Positions 50,662-63,462 of a stretch of DNA of 64,000 nt are shown in pieces. The position numbers and the translations under genes are program-made. The DNA lies in NCBI RefSeq assembly GCF_018350175.1, contig NC_058368.1, positions 64,172,001 through 64,236,000 of the forward strand. The letters run 5' to 3'. The stretch's first letter is position 1. Every line of letters starts with the position of its first letter. Source of the stretch: Felis catus. Taxonomy: Eukaryota. The notes beneath the pieces were generated by a model that did no database searches, was not told where the DNA came from, and was given only the letters and a program-made list of their open reading frames with translations.

Positions 50662-51109
50662 TCAAAGATGCTTTTCTTATTTACCCAAAAACAAGACTTT
50701 TGAACCAAGATATTCTGAATGCAATCAAAGTCAAAGCTCAAGAATTTCTTGAAAATGAGATTTTTTGGAGTTGGGAATCAGAGCCATCTACTGCCTGATG
50801 TGATTTGAAAACAGAACTTGTCACAATTCTCTATGCATTAATAGTAGAGAGAAAAAATGGAATAAAATTGAGGCAAATGATATATATTCACAGAGCAAAA
50901 AGAAACACAGAGGGACTGACATGAATAGGTATTTTGGTAAAATAAACTTATTAGGTTTGGTAAAATAAACCAATACTGCTCTTTCATTCAGTTTATAAGA
51001 GTTCATATTGCTTACCAGTTATTTTTCTTTACAATAGTTTTTCACATCTTTATTTTGTAAACCCATATATGCAATCATTATTTGCAGAGATCTCCCACAA
51101 GCTACATTA

Positions 51110-51295
51110 CTGGATTCTCACAATTCCATATGCTAACCATAGACATCTTATTGATGTGAAAAATGACATCCCTGAGAGACAGTGACTTTCCCAAAGTCAC
51201 AAGGCTTGTGGTTTGCAGTATCAGGATTAGATCATAGCAGTTCAGACTTCTTTTTTTTCCCCAATTCCTGTATCTCAATACCACACTATTCTCTG
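51110..51295 (-). mobile_element. MIR relic
   Basis: gagacagtgactttcccaaagtcacaag core. Confidence 0.6.
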
Positions 51296-51866
51296 AAGGC
51301 CTTCTGCTCAGGCACTGCATGTCAAATAGGCAATGACTTTCTTTACAAAAGCAACATTTTCTTATCTCCTAACATTTTGTATTTATGACATACAAAGCTC
51401 TGAAGCACTTGATTTTTTGTTGTTGTTGTTTGTTTTTTTTCCAGTCAGCAGCCCGAGTCCCTGATTACAATAACCCTCTTCCCCAGAGTTATCTTCCAGG
51501 TAACTATTTCCACCATTTTATCACACATATGCAATCTCTAGTAATATGATCAAACTCTTTTGCTAAGTATCATCAAAGTACCACCTGTATTGAAATGACC
51601 TGGAATGACTGCTAAATGCATATTCTTGAACATATTACCCCCTCATAATGAGTGTCTTATAGTGGAGTTTGAAAATACACATTTTAAATAAGTTCTCAGA
51701 AAACCACTGCATTAAAGATATAAAATCCGTATTTTATGCATGCCTTCTTGCCAAATATTCAGACTCGTTTATCAGCTGCCACCTGGACTCATGCATTTGG
51801 AAGTCTGGATGCAACTCTTGCTCAATATGTCCTAAACGAAACTCATCGACTTTCTCCCAAGTTATT

Positions 51867-54119
51867 TATGGTAGGCAGAATTATCCTCCCCACTCCCAAA
51901 TGCCTACGTATTAATCTCTGGAGCCTGTGAGTAAATTATTATAAGGCAAAAGGGAATTAAAGTTGCACATGTAATTTGATTCTTAATCAGTTAATCTTAG
52001 AATAGGAAGGTTAACCTGGGTTATCCAGGTGGACCCAATGTAATCATGAACGTCTTTAGAAATGGAATACAAGACAGAAGATGGGAGTTAGACGCAGGTG
52101 TGACTGTGTAAAAATGCTCAGCAACACTCAAAATTATTGGATATGAAGGTATATGAAAAGGATCATGGACCAAAGAACACGTGTGGCCTCTAGAAGCTAG
52201 AAAAGGAAAAGAGACTGATTCTCCCCTAGGTCCTCTAGAAAGGAACGTTTCCTTGCTGACATCTTGGTTTTCCCCCAGCGTTACCCAGGTTGGACTTCTG
52301 ACCTACAGAAATATAAGGTAATAATTGTGTTGTTTTAAGACCCCAAGTTTGTGGTATGCTGTGGCAACTATAAAACTAATACAGTTTTGATACTTGGAAG
52401 TAGGCTGCTGTGGAGATTACCTAAAATATGTGAAAGGGCACTGGATGGTGGGTAGAGGCTGGGAAAATGTTGTGTATAACAGAATAAACGCAGATTATCT
52501 TGAAAAGACTTTTGGTAGAGATATGGATCCTGGTGACTGTGCTAGTGAGAACTAGCACGTGAAAAGCATGATGGAGAAAAAACTATGACCTTAGAAGATA
52601 CCAACATTGTCATGAGCAGACTGTCATTGGAAGTATGAACATGAAAGAACCTGATGGTAAGGAAAGAAATAAGGAGCATGTCTTTTGAAACAGGAGGGAA
52701 GAGGATCCTTGTTACCTACCGGCAGAAAACTTACTGGAATTACTTGCAGTTATGTGGAAAGGACAGCACTTTATGCCCACATACATTGGGCATTTAGCTG
52801 AGATTTCATAGCAAAGCTTTGAAGGGTCAATCTGGGTTTTACTTGCTACTTCTAGTAAAATGCAAGAAAAAGAGATGAATCGAGGCAATAATTGTTAAAA
52901 AAAAAAAAAAGGAATCAGAACTTGATGATTTGTGAAATTCCCATAATGCAAAAGGCATTAAAGTTAAGAGATTTGCTGTCAGGAAAATGTAGACTAAAAA
53001 AGCTAAGGCTAAGGCTGAACAGTCTTTTGCTAATGCCTCAGGAAGATCAAAAGGTCAGAGTATTTTATTACACAGAAGACTATTTGAAGAGATGCAGTGA
53101 CTCAGACGTTAGCAGAAGCTGAACGTAGAGATGGGATTATTTAGGAGACGTCTTTGGATATCCCTCTTGTCTAATTGAGTGAGCGCTATGAAATGCAGAG
53201 AATGCACACAAAAGTCTTGAGAATGTTACACCAACAGAGACACTGCCAGCTTGGACAGAAAGGAACAGAATGCAAAATGAAAGCAGGCCTTCAGAATTCC
53301 AAAATTCTACAGAGAGGAAATAGGCTGTTTAAACTACTCAGCTATAAATACACGCCTTATCTCATGAAGGAGGAATGATCCAGAGCGCCTAGCCTCAAGC
53401 TCAGAGTGTGGAGCCAAAACACACACACAGGACCATACCCAGGCCTTGATACCTAATGGAGTTGGCCTCTCTGGATTATGAAAGTGCTTGGCACCTATGA
53501 CTTCCCCACCTCCCCCACATTGTCACCTCTCTTGATCCAGAATATCTATAGCTATTATCGAATACCTGTACTAATGTGTTTGGGGAGTAATTTGGGACTT
53601 CTGTGCTGATGGGATTTAGATGAAATTTTGTACTTTGAGTTCATGCTGTAATGTAATGAGAACCTTAAGGAAATTGGAATCGAGCTAAGGTATTTCATAT
53701 GTGGGTATTGCTGGAGTCCTGAGACCAGAATGTTCAAGGCAAAATAATGCCCCTTCTTTAGGGGCAAGATAACCTTGTTCTAATCCCTGGAACCTGTGGA
53801 TATGTCATAAAATGTCAAAGGAGAAATAAGTTTGCAGATAATAGTAAATAGCTGGTCTTAATGTGGAACAATTACCCTGGATTATCCAGATGCATCCAAT
53901 GTCCTCACAAGAGGCCTTAAAAATGGAAAACGGAAAGATCTAGGATTCTTTCCTAGAGCCTCCAAAAAGGAATACAGTGCGGCCTGTACATGGCTGCTTA
54001 TACCTTAGCCCTGTGAGACAGATGTTGGGCTTCTAGCCTTCAAAAGTGTAGGATAACAGATTTATATTCGGCCTTTAAGTTGTGGTAATTTGTTACAGCA
54101 GTGATGAAAAGCTCATAAT
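51867..54119 (+). mobile_element. Two-LTR MaLR provirus (MLT1D-like 5' LTR 51867-52383, internal region to about 53730, 3' LTR 53731-54119)
   Basis: Two homologous MLT1 LTRs in direct orientation around MLT1-int-like sequence; TSD ttatt at 51862-51866 and 54120-54124; L2-like sequence on both sides. Confidence 0.85.
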
Positions 54120-54900
54120 TTATTCTTGCCCCTTTGTCATCTCAATGTACCATATTATCATTTATCTATTCCCTTCCCTAAAATTCAGAATATCGTTTGC
54201 TTTCCCTCTCTCTGCTGGAGGCTACAGCCAATCAGTTACAGTGTATTGTTGCCTGAGCGCTCAAATTTTCCTGAAATAAGCCCTCTTGTCTCCATATCTA
54301 TCATCGCTTCCCTAGATAAGCGTCCTAATTTTTAACCAGTGTCTCAATATGCTTAAAGTTCCCTCTATATCACCACCCAGAATGTTTTTTGATGTTCTTC
54401 AAGGTTTTCCCATCACTTGTCATAGAAAATAATGCCCAGGTCCTTAAAAATGACTGTAAAGTTTCCCCTGGGTCTTCGGTTACCTACTCTAGCATCACCT
54501 ACCTTAGGGTTAATGCTAAAGCAATACTGAGCTCCTCTTGGTGCTCTTGACATACCACGATCTTTCTGTGTCTTTCTACCATAGCTCTGGCTGTTCTTTC
54601 TTTCCTTTTTTTTCTGCAATTTTCTTACTCCCTCTCAACAACTTTCAAAAGACTTTTACACTCTTAATATCCCTTCTTCTCCTGGAATCTGTCCTTTGAT
54701 TGCCGGATGGAGCTTAGTGATCTTGCTTTGTGCTCTTTTCTTTTCCTGAACACATCTTTATCTGGACATTGAAGAAAATAAACTGATGATTTATTGGTTG
54801 GTATAAGTCTGAGCGGCTGGAGCATAGTAGGTAATCAATAACTGGTGACTTCATATCAATAACTGGTGACTTCATTAAGTGGAGTTAAATTGCTCCACCT

Positions 54901-55539
54901 TGTGGTGGGCTCAGCCTAAGGTGATCTCCTCTCCCCATGATGTCCTGCCTTTGTATAATCCCCTCCCCTAGGACTGGGCAGAAACTGTGACTCACCTCTA
55001 GCTAATATGCAAGGTCAAGGTAAAGGGATTTTGCAGGCATAATAAAGACCCCAAGTCAGTTTGTCAAAAGGGAAATTAACCTGGATGGGCCTGACTTAGC
55101 CAAATGAAGTCCCTGAAACAGAGACAGGGATCCTTTCTGGAGAAATAGTTTCTCGTGCTGACCTTAAAGAAGTGAGCAGTGAAGTTGTGAATTGCCTATG
55201 CGGACAGCCATATGGCAGGGAACCAGAGGCAGCCTGTAGGAGCTGAGGGTGAACTCTGGCCAACGGTCGGCAAAAAGCCAGATCTTTCAGTCACACAGTG
55301 GCAAGGGCATAAATTCTGCCCACAATGTCCATGAACTTGGAAGTGGAATCATTTCCAGTCAAGCTTCCAGATGAGAACACAGCCAGGTCAATACCTTCTG
55401 GCCTTGAGAGACCAAGAGCAAAGGGCTCAGATAATTAGTGCCTGAATTCCTGATCTATAGTAACAGTGAAATAAATGTGTGTTATTTTAAGCTTCTAAGT
55501 TGGTGGTAATTTGTTACTCAGCAATGCAACACTAATACA
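54901..55539 (+). mobile_element. MLT1E/F-like solo LTR
   Basis: TGTGGT start and taatACA end; TSD cacct/ctcct. Confidence 0.88.
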
Positions 55540-56599
55540 CTCCTATAGACCCACACCTTCAGGCAGTCATGATACTATTTTATAGTTACTATAACCTCTG
55601 CAATATATAGTCACTGCTTCTATTACATTAGTTCATTCATTCATTCACTCTAGCATTTGTTCACGCATTAATGCATGCCATTAATATTTTTAAATCTAAG
55701 ACATTAATCGTGTGGATGTAGAAATCAGTAATGAAATTTTCTGCACTCAAAGGCTACTGATAATCTGGCAGCACCCTACGAAGTGTAGGGAGAAGCAACT
55801 CTCTCCAGCTAGCTGGGCTGATGATCTAACCCATGTTTTCCATGACCTGAATACTTCTCCCCACCAACCCCAAACCGCAGCCTCCTTCAGGTCTCTTCAC
55901 CTGAGACCTGAGCCGACCTTTACCAGAGCCGACCTCTGCCATCAAGCCCTCTGCAAAACTGTTACGTACAATCACATTTCAAACAAGATTCGCTTGTAAC
56001 ACGATTTAACTTTTTTATTGTTCTGCATCTTTGCATCCTGTTTTCATAACTGTATTTCATGAGGTTTTTGGTTTGGTGTTTTGGTGAAGAAACAGATCTT
56101 CCTTTGTCGAGAACAACATATAAGGTTATAGACTCAGTTCTGGAGTCTCTGTCTCTCTCTCATCTGCTAGAAACTTCCACAAGGTAACATAGTTTTAAAG
56201 TGTAATAGGTGCTGAAGTATTTCCTATCCTCCAATGTGCCTGAAATGCATTGATGAAGCCATTTGGGGGGAAACCATAATGTGTCTCAAAAGTTATGTTA
56301 ACATTCAAATAATTATAAGGGAAGCTATAAGACTACATATTTGGATTTATGACTGAAGTCTAATAGTAAACATTTTGAAAATCAATATTGATCCTGAGGA
56401 ACTACATGGCTAGATACAGACTCTGTTTGCTGTAAAATGGTGGGGGTGAGTTGAGAACTTGCTCAAATCTACTTGCAGGACCATATAGAAGTTTTTGATA
56501 AATTTATTAAATTTATCAATTTAGATTACAAGTAGACTACAAAAGCTAATTAGCTGGCACTTTAGTAGGTGAAAACAATGGGGTTGCCTAGATACCTGT

Positions 56600-57203
56600 T
56601 ATACTAATCTGCTCCGGGTGACCATAATAAAATAACAAACTGAGTGGCTTAAACAACAGAAATTTATTTCCTCTCAGTTCTGGAGTCTGGGAAGTCCTAG
56701 ATCAAGGTACTGGCAGATTCGGTTTCTGGTAATGTATCTCTTCCTAGCTTCCTTCTTGTCTTTTTGCTGTGCACACCCATGGGGGAATTGGGGTGGGGAA
56801 GGAGAGGGAGAGAGTGAGCTCTGGTGTCTCTCCCTGTTATTTTTTTTAATGTTTATTAATTTTTGAAAGAGAGAAAGAGAGAATGAGTGAGCATGGGAGA
56901 GGGGCAGAGAGAGATGGGGACGGAGGGTCCAGAGCAGGCTCTTGCACTGACAGCAGAGAGCCCGATGAGGACTCAAGCTCAAGAACTGCGAGATCATGAC
57001 CTGAGCTGACATTGGATGCTTACCTGACGCACCCAGGTGCCCTCTCCCTGTTTTTATAAGTTCTGTCAGAGGATTAGGACTCCATTGCTATTATCTCATT
57101 TTACCAGAATCAAGTCCTTAAAAGCCCTATCTTTATTCAGTCACAAAGTGGGTTAGGGCTTCAACATAGGAATTTGGGGAGGGACACAATTCAGTTCATA
57201 GCA
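56600..57203 (-). mobile_element. MLT1A-like solo LTR interrupted by a SINE
   Basis: gtggcttaaacaacagaaatttatt...ggcttcaacataggaattt...cagttcatagca. Confidence 0.88.
56839..57041 (-). mobile_element. Can-SINE
   Basis: TSD ctctccctgtt at 56828-56838 and 57042-57052. Confidence 0.94.
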
Positions 57204-57899
57204 CCCATCTCCCACAAGTTCTTCAAAAGCGATACAGAACAGTAAGAAAAGAAAAATAAAGCAACACAAACACCGCACCTTCAGCATAGCCTCCAAAATA
57301 AGTCAAAAAGCAAATGCCTGCCAGAGAGTTTCACTCTCTTGCCTCATTGCACCCTCATGTAGGTTGTGACAAGCAGAGGCAAGTGGCTAGTAGCTATAGG
57401 GCAGAGAGATGAGGGAAGGTAGAAATAGGGCCCACGGTTTATATATAGTCCATACCAGAAAGATTATGATTCATAAGTCTGAAAATATAGAAATAGTGCC
57501 CAAGTAGAGCTGAACCTGGAATCCCAGGAAGAGATTTACAAGTGAGCTATCTGAAGGGCAGTCTTCAAAATGCATGACTCCCGGGGAAGAGAAGGGGGGT
57601 TGAAAGGTAAGATTTGCCCTTTAGCAATTGCTTGATGAAAGAAAACAGAAGAAAATAGGGGGTTATGAAAGAGAAAAGAGAACCAAAGGATTAGAGGGAT
57701 ACACAACCCAGAGTAATTTCAACTAAATTATATTATAAAAGTTAAATAAAATATTAGGAGACTAAGGCCATTAAAAAGGTTTAAGAACAGAGGTAAACAC
57801 CGAAACAACAATAGATAATGTTTTGGAAAATATATATGTGTATATACGCATATGTTGAAGAACAATGATTATGAATTTCTAGTGAAAGGAAAATGGTGA

Positions 57900-58610
57900 A
57901 TATATCCGAATATAGATAATCATAAAATATTATGACTGAGCTGAGACCAAACACAGCAGTTATAGATATAAATGTGAACGCACCTACCATTCCTACCAAA
58001 GGATAAAAGATTTTCACCTTAATTCAAAATGCAAGATACATCTATATACTTTGTACAAAAGATAAAACAAAGTGATTCAGAATAGGGCAAAAAGGATAAA
58101 CAAAAATATACTAGGCAGATGGAAAAAAAGTAAAAACCACAAGGAAGCAGGGGCAGCAATCTTGATATCAGATAAAGTAGAATTCAAGAGCAAGAGCATT
58201 AAACAAGATAGAGAAGTGTGCTTTTTAATGGTGAAGGCCACAATTCACAATGAAAAAATAATCTGTATGAGTATTTATGCCCCATGTAATACAGCCATCG
58301 CTTTATCAAGGAAAAACTATCAGCACATTCAAGGAGGTATGAGGAGAATTGCAATAGTAGTGAGAGATTGTAACCTAACACTTGCAGTACAAGACACATA
58401 AAATGGACAAAATAGAAGTGGGAAGGTAGGAGACCTAATCAAGTCAATGATGTAGATACTATGGATAGATGTTGAAATGTATACTCTGGTAACAAAGAAT
58501 GCACCTTCTCTCCAGCACCCTGGTAAACACAAAGAGACAAATGACCATACATTAGCTCCATGGAAAATATCCATAAGGCCCATAGAGTACAAATATGACA
58601 AGTAAAACTT
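57900..58610 (+). mobile_element. Old L1 ORF2 endonuclease-domain relic
   Basis: ORF 58072-58401 has AGAAILISDKVEFKSKSIKQDRE...IYAP, matching the L1 EN motif AGVAILISDKIDFK...NIYAPN. Confidence 0.88.
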
Positions 58611-58639
58611 CACGAATACACTGAAAATGCATATTCGTA

Positions 58640-58775
58640 TTTGTAGGGATGTTAAAACAAGTTACCACAAAATGGGTGGCTTAACACAGCAGAAATCTAT
58701 ACTCTGACAGTTCAGGAGGCACTAAGTCCAAAATCAAGGAGGATTGTCAAGAGGATTGGTTGCTTCTGGAGGCAA
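58640..58775 (-). mobile_element. MLT1 LTR fragment
   Basis: ttaccacaaaatgggtggcttaacacagcagaaat...aagtccaaaatcaagg. Confidence 0.75.
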
Positions 58776-61369
58776 AATTCTGTAAGATTTGTTGATAAGT
58801 GAATATTAATTTATCCGTGTTAATTTTCTTGCTTGAATAATTTCACTGTATCTATCTATAGAAAGTACTAAAATTATTTCAAAATAAAACTTTAAAAAAA
58901 AAAGCTAACAAATCAACCGCACACTAAGGTGCTTATCATCTAAACTGTGTTTCCTTTATTCATTTTGTCAAGAAAGTTTCTATACTGCAAAATTCTTTGG
59001 ATATTCCATTACTCCATGTCATATGTCATGTTGTAAAATCCACTGTTGTTTGTCTGAGTGTATAAGATTGTGCATTAGTCAGATGAAAAACTGCAATCAT
59101 GGTATCAGATTTAATCCAATGGATGCTTCTGTCCTAGAATCCCACAGACATAAAAACTTGTGCACACAGAATAATCACCAGGATAGCTTACCAGTCATTT
59201 CCAGTGTCACTGTGGCTCCTTAAGATGGATGTGGCATTTTCATGTCTATTTTGAAGCCACATCATTTTTTCTTAAGCTTTACTCCCTGCCCCTCCTTCAC
59301 ACTATGTTATGTTCCTGTCAAGAAGAGGAGGAGAAAGAGAACAAAATGCAAGTAGCATGTATTTCCTTACAAAATAAAAAGGGGAAAAAAGTTAAATTTA
59401 GAGGAGGTAAAAAGAAGAGTCAAATATTCTCGGTGCTTCAAAAGGATTATGTTAATTAATTATAACAGCAATTGAGAAGATTGCTATTGAGAAGATCCCT
59501 ATTTCTCACATATAAAAATAAAGACTGAACAGTATAGGAACTATTAAATATTGTAGTTGAATTGAAATTTTAGATTCCCAGAAGTCAAAATATTATTATA
59601 TATATATGTTGCATAATACAAAATACATCATTTAATTCTTATTAAAGTGAAGTAGAAAATACTTCAAATCTTTAAACATGTTTTGTAAATACTATATTTA
59701 AATAAAGGTCATTTTATAAAGTGATAGAAAAAATACTACTACTTTAATGAGTTTGGTTTTACTTCGCTATCAATTTGCTTTATTTTATTAAAATGGAAAT
59801 AAGAAAACTTAGGAGACTGTTTTGATGCTTGCATTGACTTATTTTAAAATTCAAAGTTAAATATGTATTAACTAACTGGGAAAACCCGCAAGACTCATTT
59901 AGCAAGCGTAAGGATTTTTCATATATTGTCCAGTTGTGCTTAATTTTCTGTGAATTGACTGCTTATATCCTTACGTCTTAGGTGATGTACATTTTTGGAT
60001 TACACTGATTGCTATTTTATCTATCATCTTATATTTGAGATACAAAGGTAGTTGCAATCCACTATTATATCTTTGGGGAAGAATATTGAGGAGGCAATTA
60101 GCCAAGGCCAAGACTGAGGTGCCTGAGACTATAATTGAAAGCAAGATTATACTTTACTGTTAAAGTTGATTCTCCAAAAACATAGGACACATTTGTCCCT
60201 AGAGCATCTTCCTTACTATGACATGGCCAACTTTAGCCATGGGTAAGTAATGGGTAACTTTGGCCACAGTCACATTTGTCATATGCCATAATCAGAATTC
60301 CAAAGTAGAAGTTAGTAGGATATGGCAAAATAATGCAATTTCTTGATGTATATTTACATACTTATCCCCTAGTTACAACTGGTACTAAAATATTTATCAA
60401 GTTCTTTGGGAATTAAAAGCTTCTATGAACAATAATAGTAGTATGCAGCCCATAGCAGTATGCAGTACATGCCTGCTACGGGAAGGGAAAGAAATTGACC
60501 ATCTCATTAAAACATCAAATGAGAAACACATGAATTGCTAGTTAATGAATTCTGAAAAATGAAAGCATTAAGATATTATCTTGCTACACTGATTTTTAAA
60601 TTTAAAAAAAATTTGACTGGGGAGGGAACTTAAGATTTTACTACTTGATATGCAAATTTATCATCAAACTGCTCACCTTCAAACATATACTTTATTTTAT
60701 TTTTCAGTTAAAGGTGACTGCTATAGGGCTTAGCAACCCCACTCCTTGGGGATATAATTAGCTAGCTTGTTTACACGTACCCTGTTGAGCTTGAAAGCGT
60801 CAGTACACAGATTATGTTGGTTACCATGGACTGGCCACGTCCATAGTGGATTCCCAATGTATTTTTATGCATATGTTCACTATTTCCTGAGCTCTCCCTG
60901 GCTATCATTTAATTAGGATGCAAACAAACTAGAGGAAATTAATTTAAATTTGAATTTCTTTTGCAATTAGGATGAAAGAGTTTAAACATGGGTGACTCAC
61001 AGTTTATAGCATCAAATTAATGTATGCATACTACCTCAAGTCATTTCTAACAGGAATATTTAAAATCAATAATTACAGCCTCAGATTATGCCCTTGCTTC
61101 TAGGGAATAAAATGCTCTGTTTTGAAAAGTCAGTCTGTTTAATAGTCTTCCTTTCAGGATTTAATAGCAATGACATACCTGAGAATAAATTCTGGATAGC
61201 TTTAGTTGTGTCTCTGGCAAGTGTGATGAAGTTAGGAGTATGATTTTAGAGGGAAAGATAAACCTAACTCAAAACCTTTAAAATATTCAAGGTAATATTC
61301 TAATGCTAAACTGAAATTCATTTGAGCTCTCTGGATACTGTCAACAGTCAGTGATTTTGTGGTACCTAT

Positions 61370-61790
61370 GGGACACCCAGAAGGCAGAATTTAGAAACTG
61401 AATATTGAAGGGTCTGGGGAAAGATTCAGGTAGCATTTATAGATTTGGCATTCATAAACATATATTCAGTTATTGGTATTATTTAAATAATTGAGATTTC
61501 CCTAAAAAAAAGCAAACAGCATAGAAGTCTGAGAAGGAAATGGACCAAGCCCAGAGAAATTGCAATTTTTAAGAACAGGCAGGGAGGAATACCAGAAGAG
61601 ATATGGATGGAAAAAGAATAGGAAATTCAGGAGGAAATATAGTCAGAAAAACAAAGGTATCGAGTTTTAAGGAGAGCCCATGAGACCCTGTCAAAGGCTA
61701 TAGGGCCGTCAAAGAGATAGCCTGAAACATAATCCTAGTCCTTGATAATGAGCAAGAACAAGTCTTTCTCAGAGCTGGATTAGAGGGAGG
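61370..61790 (-). mobile_element. L2 relic
   Basis: Purine-rich antisense L2-like motifs (atagatttggcattc, gagttttaaggag). Confidence 0.5.
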
Positions 61791-61794
61791 ACTA

Positions 61795-62750
61795 GAGTGT
61801 TTCACTTCCTGCTTTCACAGAGCTTCAAGGTCAGTCAGCAAGGAGAGTTTAGAGCCTTCTCAGGTTTCTCTGGGAAGGCACACATAGCACTGGACATGTG
61901 TGTGTGTTCTTTTACATTCCCAGCTGTATGTTGGAGCTCTTCAAAGTCCCATATGAACATCTCACTCCTCTTTCCCCAGGATTTCTCTTAAGGTTGTTGG
62001 TCAACTACTGGTTTGCCTCCACCATTATCACCACATTAGAAAACCGAAATGTTAAACCATTGTCATTGAATGTTTCTGGCAAATACCCATGGGAAAAGGC
62101 TATTTTTACCAAGAGAGCTAGGACACAGGTAAAATAAAGACAAGACCTCTGAGTGGGGGTTTTGAGGAAACTGCCAGGCCAAACAATGGTAATATTCAGA
62201 GATTGGGGCTTTTAGGGAGCTCCAAACACATTGTGCCCCATCCAAGGAACCCTATCAATGAGTACTATGCTCTTGGTTTTTCACTATAATTTGAGGCTGT
62301 TCGTTTTTTTAATGTTTATTTGTTTTTGAGAGAGACAGAAAGAGAGAGACAGAGTACGAGTAGGGGAAGGGCAGAGAGAGAAGGAGACACAGAATCCAAA
62401 GCAGGCTCCAGGGTCAGAGCTGTCAGCACAAAGCCTGATGCAGGGCTTGACCCTATGAACCATGAGATCATGACCTGAGCTGAAGTCAGACACTTTACTG
62501 ACTGAACCACCCAGGTGCCCCAAGGCTATTCATTTTTAAGGCTACCACAGAGCTTGAGCTAGGAGTATGTGAATAGGGCAAATTAAATGTCACAAAGTTC
62601 ACTGAGATTCAGCATCTTTCCTCAACGGCAAATTGTTGAAATTCTTTAATTCCCAGAGTTCTGAAGAAGTTGATATTTTGGCAGCTTTCAATGTTTTCAT
62701 TGGTTTTATGGGAGAGTAGATTTTCAGAAGTCTTTACCATTCTGGAAGCC
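61795..62750 (-). mobile_element. Old L1M 5' region (L1M4-like) interrupted by a SINE
   Basis: Homologous to 23480-23815 (ttcacttc-tgctt, gccttctcagg, actgagattc, atgggagag-a-attttca). Confidence 0.7.
62309..62521 (-). mobile_element. SINEC_Fc-like
   Basis: Diverged TSD aggct(g/a)ttc(g/a)ttttt at 62294 and 62523. Confidence 0.95.
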
Positions 62751-63396
62751 AGAACTACCTTATGTAAATTTTTAAATTATGTTAAATTATATTCTCACAG
62801 GTATTCAAAGTAGGTCAGCTACATCCTCCATCTATTAGAGAAGAATCCTGAAAGATGATGGATGGAACAATTATAACCTATTTTATAGTAGATGGCAACT
62901 TGAGGAGGTAGAGCCTTAGCCTTCCTTTTGCAAAGAGTGATGGTAGAATGCTGAAAGAGAAAGGCGCAAGTTTTGTAATTGAATCTGAAGAGCAAGAGGA
63001 CAGAAGCTGACTAGGCATTTGTAGATGAATCTCTGTGTCTCACAGAGGTCTCTGCTGAAATTTTCAATCCAAATAGTTTGGTAAATTTGGGGTGACAGTT
63101 ATAAAATGGATTATGTGAAGCTTAGAGTATTTTGGACCCATCGCATCTTCAGCAGTGACCTTGTAGATGACAACCCCACCATCCTATAAAACGTGGACTT
63201 GTCAGAAAATATTGAATCAGTTCAGTTATTGATCTGACCCAACCTTTTGTGTTAAAATTTTTATAGAAATTATGAACATAATTTTATAGAAAGTATTTTT
63301 ATAGAAATCAAGATATAGAGTAGCATCAGAGAGAAGTTTTGTTTTAATTGCAAAGGGATTAAGATATTCTTAGCTTTTCAATTTTTTTCTGTGCAG

Positions 63397-63462
63397 GCCA
63401 TGATCATTAAAATAATTCACGATGATGTGAGAAAGAGCTTCTTGTCTTGGGGCACTGATGAG
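63397..63462 (+). other. Candidate 66-nt phase-0 exon, AMIIKIIHDDVRKSFLSWGTDE
   Basis: ttttcaatttttttctgtgcag acceptor; GAG/gtgaat donor; open frame; protein not recognised. Confidence 0.2.

Noticed and set aside
3151..51068. Exact 18-mer atatgggtttacaaaata at 3151-3168 and inverted at 51051-51068
   Set aside because: One such AT-rich match is plausible by chance in 64 kb and there is little flanking homology
58072..58401. Endonuclease-like ORF as a host gene or active L1
   Set aside because: Short decayed L1 ORF2 fragment with neighbouring frame disruptions
192..62521. SINE strand bias (about 16 minus versus 7 plus) as evidence of a host gene strand
   Set aside because: Small sample; LTRs and L1s show no consistent bias
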